Positions 28,689 to 40,668 of a stretch of 64,000 nt of DNA are shown here, piece by piece. The notes below the pieces were generated by a model, which was not told where the DNA came from, did no database searches, and was given only the letters and a program-made list of their open reading frames with translations. Within the stretch, counting starts at the first letter, position 1. The number at the start of each line of letters is the position of its first letter. Origin of the DNA: Tubulanus polymorphus (lineage: Eukaryota; Animalia; Nemertea); contig NC_134036.1 of assembly GCF_964204645.1 (NCBI RefSeq), positions 8,484,030 to 8,548,029 of the forward strand, read 5' to 3'. Both the position numbers and the translations under genes were made by a program.

Positions 28689-29629
28689 GTAAATACTCCC
28701 CTTTCAGAACACGATCGATTTCACTGAATTTAGCCTCACCATGTAGGATTAAATGTACTCCTGTTGTTATTGCGATTCTGCTGTCGTTTCATAGCTTATT
28801 CGGCTCGCTATCGAATGTAACAAAACAATGGTCACACGTGTCAATGAACTTATTCGAAGTAATGAGCGTATTGTGAAAGGTGTTTCTCAAGCATTTCTAA
28901 TTTCCCATTGTTTAAACGCCAAATTTGCATTCGAAATATTAAGCCGATCTATTCTACTTCCGACCTGGTCGTGTCAAAAGCAATTCAAGCGTTTAGTTTG
29001 TACTTGAAAATAAAATGAAATAGATTGATTGATGAAATACAAAACAAACAAACTCAACTAACTGACTACTGCTATGATACATCTTCATTATCTCATATTT
29101 TGAACCATATTTGTATTTCTCAGTCTAAGTTATTAGTATTTGATGAAAGAACATATTCTAGTTACTGACATTAGCTCGAACCTTGATTATTGTCTAAGTT
29201 GTACTATAACTATAACATGCCAATGGATGTGTACATGCGCCTCTCTCTGATTGGCTAGAATCCTCGCATTCGAAAGAAACTGACGACATCAGTGAACTAA
29301 CGGGGAAATTAGAATTGTATGTTTGACCACTGATTCTTCGTTTTTGAGTCCATGGTTTTGGCTCTGGTTTTATCGTGAGTTTGATTAACGTACATAGAGA
29401 ACAATGGTGGGGATTCGAATAACGTGCATCTTTTATTCATTCAGAAAAGAGTAGTATCATTACGTATATACATGTAGAAATTGATATAATAATTCTAATC
29501 AGGATTATCTCGTCACGCGGCACCAGTTTAAAGAGCCCTTATAAAGCCGCAAAGTACATTGAATGAAATTGACATAATGTCAACCTCTTACGGTCAACAA
29601 ATGAAACATATCGTACAATGATAACGAAT

Positions 29630-30110
29630 CAATGAGAAGTGCTCATGCGTTTGTTTCCATTTTTATAAGAATCAATTCCAAACAGATGAATCAGATTCGA
29701 ATATTCACTTCTTCGTTATACGAAAAACGATTTAGATTCCATGGTTATATGAATATCTTATGATTTCTCAACTTTCATCAAATACTTAGGAATGCCATTG
29801 AAAGATTTTCAAACCATTAAACGTTTGGGTAAAAAGTTATGCTAAAATTGATTACGATCGGCTTTTTAGATAATCTCCAAGAAGGTCACAATTTTAATGA
29901 TTTTACCTTGGCAGGTTTAAACCTCCCAAATCCAATTTGCGAAATATCGGTCCTCTTTGTCGGCGGTAATGAAAGAATACATAGCGCAAAGTTTCTATTC
30001 TGCGCCGGCCACATTTTGTTCACGAATCGCTTACGTAATCATAATTGAAAGTCGAGATCAGAGGCGGATATAGCGCTCTATGGCCCACGCTCAATTCATA
30101 AACTGTTCCG
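29630..30110 (-). repeat. Dispersed ~480-bp repeat; inverted copy at 50812-51322
   Basis: Long reverse-complement match, e.g. ggcggatatagcgctctatggcccacgctcaattcataaactg versus cagtttatgaattgagcgtgggccatagagcgctatatccgcc. Confidence 0.85.
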
Positions 30111-30512
30111 TATATTTGTTTTTTTTTTGTTGAAAATATGAGCCTTCTTTGTGTAATTTATGACATATCCTTTTTTCCCAACTCGTATTCCGTTTTCTTC
30201 AGTAGAGTATAGTCTGGTAAATAGCAGTGAATTAAAATTTCCTGACCAGTTTGTCCAACTGCGATGAGTAATAGATAAATACAATACTACTGTAACTAAA
30301 CTATACATAATAATAACTTATTAAGATGCAGTATTATTAAAAGAAAACTTAACACAATCATTATTGACACAGTCAACGTCCGTAATATAACCGCGACCAT
30401 ATTGACCGACGTGATTTTGGACGTCATAACGTGTTGAGCATTTATAACGGATTTCCCGGTATGTGTAGATTCCTGTTATATGTTATAAAACTGCTCAATT
30501 GTTCAATCGCCT

Positions 30513-30737
30513 GAGGCCGGTTTCAAAGACTGTGGTATTAACTTTGGCACCGGGGACTAAATCTGATAACCTAAGCGTCAAAAGTTAGCCCCGGGTTAAT
30601 TTGGTTTTATAGTTCGATGATAAATGTAACCCTATATACGGCTAGATTTATGTACTGATATTAACTTTAGCCGGGGGTTAACACAATTCATTTTCAATCG
30701 GGGTAAAGTTAATACCAGACTATAAAACCGGGCCCTC
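30513..30737. mobile_element. Harbinger-like MITE
   Basis: Imperfect TIRs gaggccggtttcaaagactgtggtattaacttt / aaagttaataccagactataaaaccgggccctc. Confidence 0.7.
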
Positions 30738-30871
30738 CGGTTTTGGAAGCATCTTTAAAGATATTGTTTCCTTTGGTTATCTTAGTGCAAAATCTATATA
30801 AAACTTCTGATCTGATCATTACCTCAACAGCGGCAGGGAAGTGTCAGTTGATTCGAAACTTATTTATTTAG

Positions 30872-31108
30872 AATGTAGCATCGGCGAAATGGCTGGCGAC
30901 TACATAGGAACTGTGAGTCGAACTTATTCCGGTAAAATGTGTCAGGCTTGGAATTCACAATCACCCCACGTACATAGCCTCTACAACAGGCTGGCCGACA
31001 AGGAAACGGCGTCGAACTATTGCAGGAATCCAACAGATGATCCGTTCGGAGCCTAGTGTTATACCACTGATCCTGAGACACGTTGGGAATATTGCTCGGA
31101 ATGTGTAG
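30872..31108 (+). CDS. Gene B kringle domain 2 with in-frame TAG (31054-31056) in place of the conserved Trp
   Basis: CSIGEMAGDYIGTVSRTYSGKMCQAWNSQSPH...[29 protein letters not shown]; 237-nt phase 1-1 exon. Confidence 0.9.
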
Positions 31109-31376
31109 GTAAAGGACGCTTAGTTTTTTCTCAGGTAGAATGAAATCAACGCATTTTTCTAATATACAAATAAAAGTATAATTATTCTAACAGATATGAT
31201 CACGATCAATTATTAATATGTCCCCAATCAGCCACGATACTCGATTAATGCTTGATGGCCGTAACATTAAGAAATAAAGCGCTTTTATCTATATCTGCGC
31301 TTTTATCTGAAAGGGAAGGGAAGCAGCGTATGTTGTTATCACATATACTATAAACTATAACTTGCATTACATCCAG

Positions 31377-31642
31377 CCTTGCACTGCAATACTGGCGAAT
31401 CGCCGTGTTTGAGATATAAAAGAGACAATTCTGTAAACTACGACGGCACCTACTTGGTGAAGTTGCAACACGACGGCCGCGAAAAAAGCACCCACGTTTA
31501 CTGCAAAGATATGAACACGGAAAGCCCGAAAGAATATTTGAACGTCCAACCGGAGCAAAATTTCGTTAAAGTCGGCTGCGATGCGCCGAACAATTACGAA
31601 GCCGAATGGCGCAAACTTCGAGTTTTCCTACCGGACAGCGAG
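31377..31642 (+). CDS. Gene B GON domain 1, N-terminal exon
   Basis: DGTYLVKL...HVYCKDMNTESPKEYLNV...QNF...WRKLRV resembles the ADAMTS9/20/GON-1 GON domain (DGEY...IFCxGMxSxxPKEYVTL...ENF...FxKIRI); cag| and GAG|gtaagc boundaries. Confidence 0.85.
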
Positions 31643-31967
31643 GTAAGCTGCATGGATCCTTCATAACCATACAATTCACTTTTTATATTCACTCATTCAA
31701 CCAAAATTGATCGTTGATGAGATCAACGGTGAAATTAAAACCGACATTGAAATATCTATGCGTACGATCAAATAGAACACTATATAGAAGATACTAATGA
31801 AAGCAACCATTTAGTAGACAAATGTAATCTTTCTCTTGTATTCACTTAAATGTAATTTTAGCCTTTCTTTTTTACGACACTCCGTATAGTGCGCAATGCA
31901 GAAAACTCGCGTGAACCAGTCATAGTCTCGCCGGCGATACATTTACAACGAGGCTCGATCAGCAAAC

Positions 31968-33730
31968 ATTAGACTTTGAAATAAGTTAGTTTTATTTCGA
32001 ACAACTTAAGAGCAGTCTCGATTCGATGTGCAACGAGCGACGCACCAAACACTCCGAATAGACAAGCCATAAAACTCAAAAAATAACATCGATAAACCCA
32101 AACCCAAACAATAAAAGGGAAGTTAAACATTAGATCAAAACGGCAATCGCATAGAAGCATTGTTGCGATCAAATGTAAAAGCCTTACGGGACTGAACCTC
32201 CCTAGTCGCTCAAATGTACACGTACAATGGTTTGTAAGCATCATCAACCGCGGTAACATAACCAGAGGGAAGGAAAAGCAACCCCTCAATAGTTACCCAA
32301 CGGTAACCACAATCGTCGAGAATAGCATCCACACCTTCAAAGCAGATCGTACCGTATCCCAAGGCAACTAAAAGGAGTATACTAAACCAACCTCCCAGCC
32401 AACATGACCGAAGCCTAACAACGGACACTAAGAGGCCCGCGGCTAGAGAATTGAAAACAGGACGCAATATGAACAACACATTGAAACTGATCGACGACCT
32501 AACTTTATTACCAGCGTAAACAATCGACAGGTTTCAGACGCCAAATCTTTTGCAATTTCATTTCCACCTCGGAAAACGGTAAAAGACAAATTGACCAACA
32601 AGCAAAACCCGTGGAATACAAGGGCAAACGCAACACGAAGCTGCGTAAACAATAAATATGAAAATGCTAAGATCTGAGTGCTCGCGTAAAACTGCAAAAT
32701 GTAAGGTATTTGTCACACGTCAAACGGAGCAAACTAAATCAGGCGTTGAGCGCGACTAAACTCCCCACGGAAACGAAAATGCGTTAAATAAAATCACCAA
32801 AACGGATCAGAAAACCGAAATAAGAGGCGAACTCCCTGACCGATAAATCTCACATAAATCCAACAACCCTGACCGCTCGAGCTTTCCCTGCCCTAAAAAT
32901 TCATTCATTAATTATCACTCTTTATTCGTAAACGTATCGATTCTTGCATTCTTTTCTCTCACACTCCGGGGCAGACCTCCATCCCGCATCCAGCAGGCAA
33001 AGAGACGCACAGTACTTGACGCACACAGCTTCATATCCACACCCAGTGGCTACAGCAAGTTTGTCCAAACACATTGGACGCCCGCACACAGTGGGCTTCA
33101 AATTCCCTCCAAACACATTGGATCGCAAAAAATTTGGTCCAAACACATTGGACGCCGGGGCACAGTGGGCTTTCAAAATCTATCAAAACACATTGGATCG
33201 CTCAGAAATTGGTCCAAACACATTGGACGCCCGCACAAAGTGGGCTTCAAAAATCTATCCAAACACATTGGATCGCTAAAAATTTGGTCCAAACACATTG
33301 GACGCCCGCGCACAGTGGGCTTTCAAAATCTATCAAAACACATTGGATCGCTCAGAAATTGGTCCAAACACATTGGACGCCCGCACAAAGTGGGCTTCAA
33401 AAATCTATCCAAACACATTGGATCGCTAGAAATTTGGTCCAAACACATTGGACGCCCGCGCACAGTGGGCTTCAAAAATCTATCCAAACACATTGGATCC
33501 GACCACACACAGTGGACTACCCCCTATTCCACACACAGTGGAATACCCCGGACGACTGACTCCAAACTGCACAAAAGAGGACACACAGATCAACAAAAGT
33601 ACATGGTCACAGCTCAAGGCCAAGTTGTGAACCAACACAACCGCACAAGCACGCCCGACAGCGAGGAAAACCAAAGCCAAACTGATTTCTTACCGTCTGT
33701 CCGCAGCGACACGTAGTGAGAATAGAAGTG
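31968..33730 (-). mobile_element. Degenerate insertion with strong strand bias and an internal tandem array; possibly a DIRS/Ngaro-derived non-autonomous element
   Basis: A/C-rich plus strand; minus strand ends aaataaaactaacttatttcaaagtct; weak DAYKPLYVYI* similarity to tyrosine-recombinase C-termini. Family and boundaries are tentative. Confidence 0.3.
33061..33500. repeat. 75-bp tandem repeat (45+30 subunits, 150-bp higher order), about 6 copies
   Basis: ccaaacacattggacgcc at 33139, 33214, 33289 and onward; the two variants alternate. Confidence 0.95.
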
Positions 33731-34619
33731 ACAACGAAATTACGCGCACTCACCGGGGATCGAACCAAGTGTCTTGAACGTAGAAAGCAACCAGACGACC
33801 AATGGAACTTGTCCATTTGGCCGCCAGTGTTATACAGCTTGCCTTTAAGCGTAATATCCGATCAAATCGAAATATTTAGGGTTTTCTGTTTCTTCACAGA
33901 AAACCCTATTGAAATTCGCGTGATTATTATTTTTTTTTTCCCTTTTCCACATAGTTTTTGTTAAAAGTGTAAAGGCTTCCTTACCTTACCGCTGTCGCCG
34001 ATACAATCCGTATGATGTCCTTCAGCTCACTTCAATCTCCAGATACTGCATGGGAATTTTGATAAATCCACGTTATAAAGGCACTGTCGAGCCGTAAACA
34101 TCGGAAATTTGGCTCCATTCAATTAGTAGCCATGTTGTGTTTTCTTACAGATATTTCTCTCTTCTTTTCGAGGAAGAGCTATCGAATTATTCCCTCGAGT
34201 CCGGCGTTCGCGTGTCTGACAGGTTTACGGGCATTTGTTTGTTACCTCTTTAATATTTTTGATTTCTTGTTATTCCGGTTATTTTATTTAAGTATATTGC
34301 TGATCAGTTCATGTAACCAAAAGCGTCAATAAACAGACTTTGAATTGATCAAGTTTAAATCAAGGTCGTTGAGTCGCGGAAGGCTACTAGAATTACGTTC
34401 GTCTTCGTCTCAGAGAGAAAACAAACGACAGAAAAGTATCAGGTGATTATCGATAGCCTACAACGGTACACACAGTTGACAAACAGTGTTAGGCCTGTGC
34501 CGGTTGGTGCGTACTGGGACTAAATATACTGGTTGGTCAGTTGGTTCGGTTGTGAAGTGTGGAAGCTAAGATTATAAGAAAGCCTACCGGTATTTATTTG
34601 TCCATAGGCCTATTATATA

Positions 34620-35200
34620 GAAGCCAATACCATTTTTAGTACGTAGTTGTTAACCGCACGTGACTGTACGGTGATCTCCACAGGTTAACCGCGTACGTGA
34701 GGTCCCTACTAAGTCTATAATGCCAATCGTGAGTTCCTAGTAGCCAATACCATTTTAAGTACGAAACTGTAACGCGTACGTGACTGTACGGTGATATCCA
34801 CAGGTTAACCGTATGTGAGTTCTCTACTTACGCCGTACGTGAGTTCCTAGTAGCCGATACCATTTTAAGTACAAAATTGTAACGCGTACGTGACTGTACG
34901 GTGATATCCACAGGTTAACCGTACGTAAGTTCCCTAAAAACGCTGTACGTGAGTTCCTATAATCTGCAAACGCGCATGCGTAAAAGAATAGAGTTTGGGT
35001 TAGGTGAGGCTAGGCTATTTGTAAATCAAATTTCATCCACCCACCAGTTACGTTCTGTGGCACAGTGGGTAAATCACTGGACTATTACTGGATTTTTTTT
35101 TCGTTTGGTTTCGAATCCCAATATTGCAAGTCTGAGCGTCAACGTACTCACATATGACTAACCTGTAGAAATCACCGTACAGTCACGTACAGGTAACAAC
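34620..35200. mobile_element. Composite repeat: about 3 tandem 110-120-bp units, a tRNA-like segment and an inverted copy of the unit
   Basis: cgtgactgtacggtgat.tccacaggttaacc three times; inverted aacctgtagaaatcaccgtacagtcacgtac at ~35160-35190; central part is shared with ~1990-2140. Confidence 0.6.
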
Positions 35201-36250
35201 AGCGTTTTAAGTATTAAGTGAGTACGACAAGCCTACCATGCCTATGTACAACAAACACAACTTTTTCCCTCTCGTCGGCCCTACAGTGATGTTACTATAA
35301 CTGGTGCCATTATAATATGGATAGGATTTGGTCAGGACTAGCCTAAAGTCTAATTCAGTCTATGTACTAATTCACTCGATAGGCCTATTTTTAAAACAAT
35401 ACAGTGAAATATTCACACGCAGAAAGGCTAATTGATTTGAGCCATGTGATTAAGTTTGGCCAGGCTTTCTCTGACCTGCTGACATTAATAGTCAAACCAA
35501 AACGTTCATGAGGTCACGGCTTGTATTACCAGAAATCATTGTAGGCCTGTACATTTTGCTGTTCGTAGGTTTGGTATACCGATTTCTCCATTCTTGACTG
35601 ATAAGTGTACGGTACAGCTGTACGCATTATATGATTGTTCCAATGGGAATAGGGCCTATTGATTGGGCTTATTATTTCCTGCTTTAGAGTACTGAAATAA
35701 ACCTAATGTTCATTCAAATATCCAACATCGGTGAAAGTTTGATTAATACTGTATACATGTACTGTAGGTTTTCATGTTGTATGAATATTTTGCAGTTCAA
35801 ATGGGTATGATGCTAAATTCCAATGTCAAACGCATGAAGTTAGATGGTCAAGGACAGTCAACACCAAGATATCTCTCTTCGACCGATGTTGTACCATAGA
35901 AGATCTGATTCTTTCAACTCAAGGAAAGTGATTCAACACGATCGACATAACACTGGAATAGGTTTGCAGTTACTAACCGTTCATTTCATTTAGTCCTATG
36001 TACTTTTTAGCCAATTTGGATTTGATTGTAATTGAAACTCTGGAACTGTTAACAAAAGACAAGTAAGACAAGTTGAAAAAACACAAGTTATGCTTGATTC
36101 TCATGTTCAAATTTAATTCAAATTTATTTTATTACATCATATTTACAAAGCATATCATTGGTTCATACAGTAATAAAAATTAGGGCAGAACAAATATTAT
36201 TACAGAAACTCCAAAAAGGCAATGAATTTCTATGACTAAATGAACATTAT

Positions 36251-36809
36251 TTTTAGCCCACTTGGGACTTTAGTCCCAGCGGGCTATTGCGTTCACTTTT
36301 CGTCCGTCGTCCGTCCGTAGACGGAAATCAGTTATTTTAGGAAGTTTTGAAGACGCTTCAATGTAATGTCTTGATATTTGGGTTTCACATGTATCTACCC
36401 TAGACACATCTTCAGCTCAAAAACTGGCCCTGTCAGAATCAAGATGGCCGACTGGCAGCCATTGTTGTTCGCCAAAATCAACACTTTTTACACATTTTTG
36501 AACTTTTTGAGGGAAATTTTGAAGATGCTTTGATCAATTACCTTGATCTTTCCGATATATGTGAATGCCCCTGGGCCCATCAGCATAACAAAAATTGGGA
36601 TACGGACTCAAGATGGCCGTCCTATGACCTTTTTTAGTGCCCAAAAATGTCAATTTTGGCCCGAATTCTGAGTTTGCCATTTCTCATTGCAATTTGTGAT
36701 GGGTATTCTTTGAAAAGGGATGTTTTATACCTTTGATACCTGAATTGTTAGATTGTTGAGCATTTGGAACCACTTCCCAAGTGGGCATGGTGTCCCTGGA
36801 CCCCTAGTT
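36251..36809 (+). mobile_element. Non-autonomous Helentron-type (HINE/DINE-1-like) element, internally deleted copy
   Basis: 5' ttttagcccacttggga, (GTCC)n-like microsatellite, 3' inverted tcccaagtgggc then ggtgtccctggacccctagtt; inserted in a T run. Confidence 0.8.
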
Positions 36810-37791
36810 CTAATAACTCAGATCAAGAGTGACTCTCCCGTTTATTAGGAAACACACGCAACTAGTGGAATAGGTTTGATTTACACACATGTTGCAGGTA
36901 TCAATTGTTTATCACTGTAGAATTTGTAATCCATAAAAGCCAAAATCAACATCAGCCGGAAACCCAGACCAAATAAATTCATAATTTATTGATTGAATCT
37001 ACACTACAATATATGTATTTATTCAAATATTTCAATAAAAACATTAACTTCTTAAATCTAATCTATTCTAAATCATAATACGTTCTTATCTGTGCATTCA
37101 CTCAATCTATCGGCTCAGCAGGTGCTTAAGATGAGTTCTTAATAGGACAGATCCATTTTTAAGGATGGTGATAATACAGTATCATGATGTTTGAATGCCA
37201 AAATAAGTGCCTGGTCAAATATATTAATATTTGTGATTGTACGTCCACGTATGTTCGGTTTCAAAGCTGAATCATATTTGACGTTTACACAGTGGTTGCA
37301 TATTAGGTTCGAATCTGTCAATGCATTTTATTCTATGTATCGATATTTCAATTTACTACAATTCCCATCATTCTGAATGGCTTTACAGAAAACCCGTCAT
37401 CGCTGCTTTGCAGCTATATTTATATCTGTAGTTTCTCAAATGATGCGAAATGAAAAATCTTGCATGGACGGTTTGGATCAACTTCTTAGTCGTTGAATAT
37501 TGAATTGAATATATGTTTATTTTGCGCTGCAATAACAAGTATATACTTACAGAATTAATTAACATATATTACATATTTTTAGTAATAAATTTCAAAAGTT
37601 ACAGTGCCGGGATGCGTCCTTAATATAAAGGCTGTGCTCAAAAGGGGCGATGAACCCATGATATGAAAATAGGGAATTACAAATGGAATGTGGTGAAATG
37701 AGGTGAAATGATGATGAACGTGAAATGAGCATTATCAATTAATTGAAATATTAATTCCTTCCAAGTTTTTCAGAAATTATTCATATGATCG

Positions 37792-37974
37792 TTAATATAT
37801 GAACTGTTTTTTAATCAATATAACAAAACTACCTATGTTGTTTGCATTTCTAATAGAGGAGGAGGTGTTTTGCCAAATAATTGGAGCGCTTGCTAGAAAC
37901 GGTTTGTTGAATAAAGCTGCTTTATGTTGAGCGCAGTAGATCGAAGATGAACTGCATTCTGATCGAGTTTTCAT
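37792..37974 (-). mobile_element. C-terminal ORF2 fragment of a CR1/L2-group LINE
   Basis: KTRS...FNKPFLASAPIIWQNTSSSIRNANNIGSFVILIKK fits the F...AP.LWN.LP..IR...F...LK tail pattern. Confidence 0.55.
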
Positions 37975-38932
37975 ATTGATGCGTATTTATGCGTGCGGTT
38001 ACGCTAGTTTGGAAGGCCGGGCAGCACAAAGACCTTGTTCCTTTCGGGATCATATTACAACCATGTCGGGTTCGACTGATACGTATATTCTAATCTTATA
38101 ATGACGATCTCGCAGTTGTGGTATAGCCGATTCGGGCCAAACATCTAGAAAACCATATTCAGCGCAAAACAAAGTATATCCTTCATTTCTGCGTCGATTT
38201 TTGCGCTGCACAAACACGAATATTACCACGCAGAAGCGTGCCAAAATGTTATCTTTGTTTTGCTTTTTTAAACGGACGCAGGAAGCAGGCGATATATCGG
38301 CGCACTGCACTGAACTTGGTTTCTTGTGTGTTTTATACTTGGCCAGAATCTGCCACCAAAGGCAGTCGATGGTATTTTAAGTTTATCGTCTGGGTTTACT
38401 ACGGTACCGTATATCTGAATATAGCTAGAAAAACTTATCTAACTCTTGTTTCATCAATCGTGGGACCGTTCATTGTCCTCTACACTGAATTAGTAACATC
38501 TATATCATTATCCGTCATATCAGCGTATCACCCGGGTATGATGGGTACCTACAACGCTGCTGTGGCAAGCAAGGATCCACCAGGTTCGCTAGTAGTTACT
38601 CCAATTTCTTCTACATTTCAATGAAAACCGAATGAACTTTTCTCTTAAATACATCAAATGTTATGGAAACTACACCTATCTAAGTAGAAAAATGAATTTA
38701 AAGTATATTTGTTGGCTTAAATGGTAATGCGTGGATTCGGGAGCCTAAAAATTCAGTTTGAAGTTCATCGAAAATGAACTGATTTTGACAACGAAAGGCT
38801 GAGTAAACGTCACGCCATCTGGCGGGAAAACTTTGCGTTGTACCTCCCCATTATTTTAACAAATAAATACGAATTAAACGAAATAACGAGCGGAATGAAA
38901 GATGCTTCTTGTTTGTTTGTCTATATGTATAG

Positions 38933-39109
38933 GGCAACTTGGTAATCGACGCCGGGGACGGTACGTACAGAGAAATTACAGCAGGCACGATACCTTATAC
39001 GGAAAAGGACTACGACTACGGCTTAGGCTGGGGTTGCAGAGGAAAGTATATTCTGGCTGGCTCTTTAAACATGGACTTGACCGGCACGGGATTTGAATTC
39101 AAAGACGTA
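38933..39109 (+). CDS. Gene B GON domain 1, middle exon
   Basis: GNLVIDAGDGTY...DYGLGWGC...GSLNMDLTGTGFEF resembles GON GxFSINLxGTGL; phase 0-0 with tag| and |gtaagt. Confidence 0.85.
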
Positions 39110-39741
39110 GTAAGTGTACATAGCAATAGAAACGTTAAACGCCGATCGTTTCAGATCTAATCTAATCTCTTTTGCCTGGTAAACTAGCGATGTGATTGGT
39201 GTGTGTATGCGAGTGTGAGTGGAACGGGGATTAGCACCATTAGTACCATGCCATGCCATATACCATACCGTATACCACACCACAACACGCCACGCCACGC
39301 CACGCAACACCACACCACACACCATACCATTCCATACATAAATTAGTTTTGTGAGGTTACGCATTTATTTGGTTTGGCTTTGGGTACTTTTATCTGGTAG
39401 GATTTATTTAAAGTTCACGTGACTGTTTGTTCGGCAGCCGATTGAGTAATAATATAAATTGTTGCCAAAGCCGAGCCAAATATTGCTGATTAAGAGCGTT
39501 AGAAACTCGCCTCTTTAAACAAAACTCCTTCAAAACTCCTGGGAGATGTGCTGAAAATAGTACATAATTAGTTTGAACGGGTTGTTAACGCAATGGGTCG
39601 GTTCTTCCAATTCTTTGAAACTGTGCCAACAATCTCCGAATGAGAAGTCAATCCATTATCCTGTATATTGTGATGATAAATATGTAAGTTTGAGCCTCAA
39701 TATATTAACGAATGTCTAACGATATGAAATTTTTCAAATAG

Positions 39742-39902
39742 TTTTGGCGTGTTCCTGATGGCGGTAATCCTAACGCGGAAGCGAATAGTTTTTTTCCGAA
39801 ATTCCAAACTGTAACAAAGTCTGATTGGTGGTTATTGAGTGGTGAAACTATTCGTGCATACGTAGGCGGATCGATATCATCTGGTATTTTACCAGTCAGC
39901 AG
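39742..39902 (+). CDS. Gene B GON domain 1, C-terminal exon
   Basis: FWRVPDGG...SGETIRAYVGGSISSGILPVS; phase-0 acceptor continues the previous exon; ends in phase 2. Confidence 0.7.
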
Positions 39903-39919
39903 GTACACAACTTACGTCT

Positions 39920-40390
39920 TCCCCCTGTCCCTGTCTCTGTCCCTGTCACTGTCCCTGCCTCTGTCCCTGTCCCTGTCCCTGTCCATGTCCCTGTCTCTGT
40001 CTCTGTCTCTGTCTCTGTCCCTGTCTCTGCCCATATCTCTGTCCCTTTTCCTGTCCCTGTTCATGTCCATGTCCCTGTCCCTGTCTCTGTCTCTATCCAT
40101 GTCCATGCCCATGTTTATGTCCAAATCCCTGTCCCTGTCTCTGTCTCTGTGTATCTGTCTCTGTCTCGGTCTCCGTCCCCGTCCCCGTCCCCGTCCCCGT
40201 TATTCTCCGTCTCTGTATTCTCTGTCTCTGTGTCCCTGTCCCTGTCTCCGTCTGTGTCTCCGTCTCCGTCCCCGTCTCCGTCTCTGTCTCTGTATTATCT
40301 GTCTTCTCTGTCTCTGTGTCTCTGTCTCTGTCTATGTTTCTGTCTCTGTCCCTGATTATCTCCGTCTCTCTGTATCCGTCCCTGCCCTTT
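39920..40390. repeat. (CTGTCY)n microsatellite / low-complexity tract
   Basis: Visible directly; source of the SLSL and RDRD ORFs. Confidence 0.95.
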
Positions 40391-40509
40391 TTCCATTTCC
40401 AATTATGCCATACGAGAGTTCATTGTTTATCATTGTTTGTAACAGGTACCAGTGCCCGCAATTCACTTCTCCGTCCTAATATATGTACACGCTTCATGAA
40501 TTCCTCTAG

Positions 40510-40668
40510 GATGACAGTATAGATTTGATGGATATGAACTTCGCAAGAACGGAGGGTAAACGACCACCGCCTCTCGGTATTGTCCAATATAATAGTATCA
40601 CCTCTGATAGCCAAAACAAATTCAAAATAGATTTGAATGGTACTGGATTTGTAATCGATGAGTCAAAG
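40510..40668 (+). CDS. Gene B GON domain 2, middle exon (N-terminal half of this domain not found)
   Basis: DDSIDLMDMNFARTEGKRPPPLG...NKFKIDLNGTGFVIDESK resembles GON DLQFARTSEG...FSINLYGTGL; ctag| and AAG|gtattg boundaries. Confidence 0.8.

Noticed and set aside
32944-33716. Overlapping 111-183-aa ORFs
   Set aside because: Produced by the 75-bp tandem repeat; no domain or splice support.
39835-40479. 214-aa SL-rich ORF and RD-rich antisense ORF
   Set aside because: Microsatellite translation; only the first and last few codons overlap probable exons.
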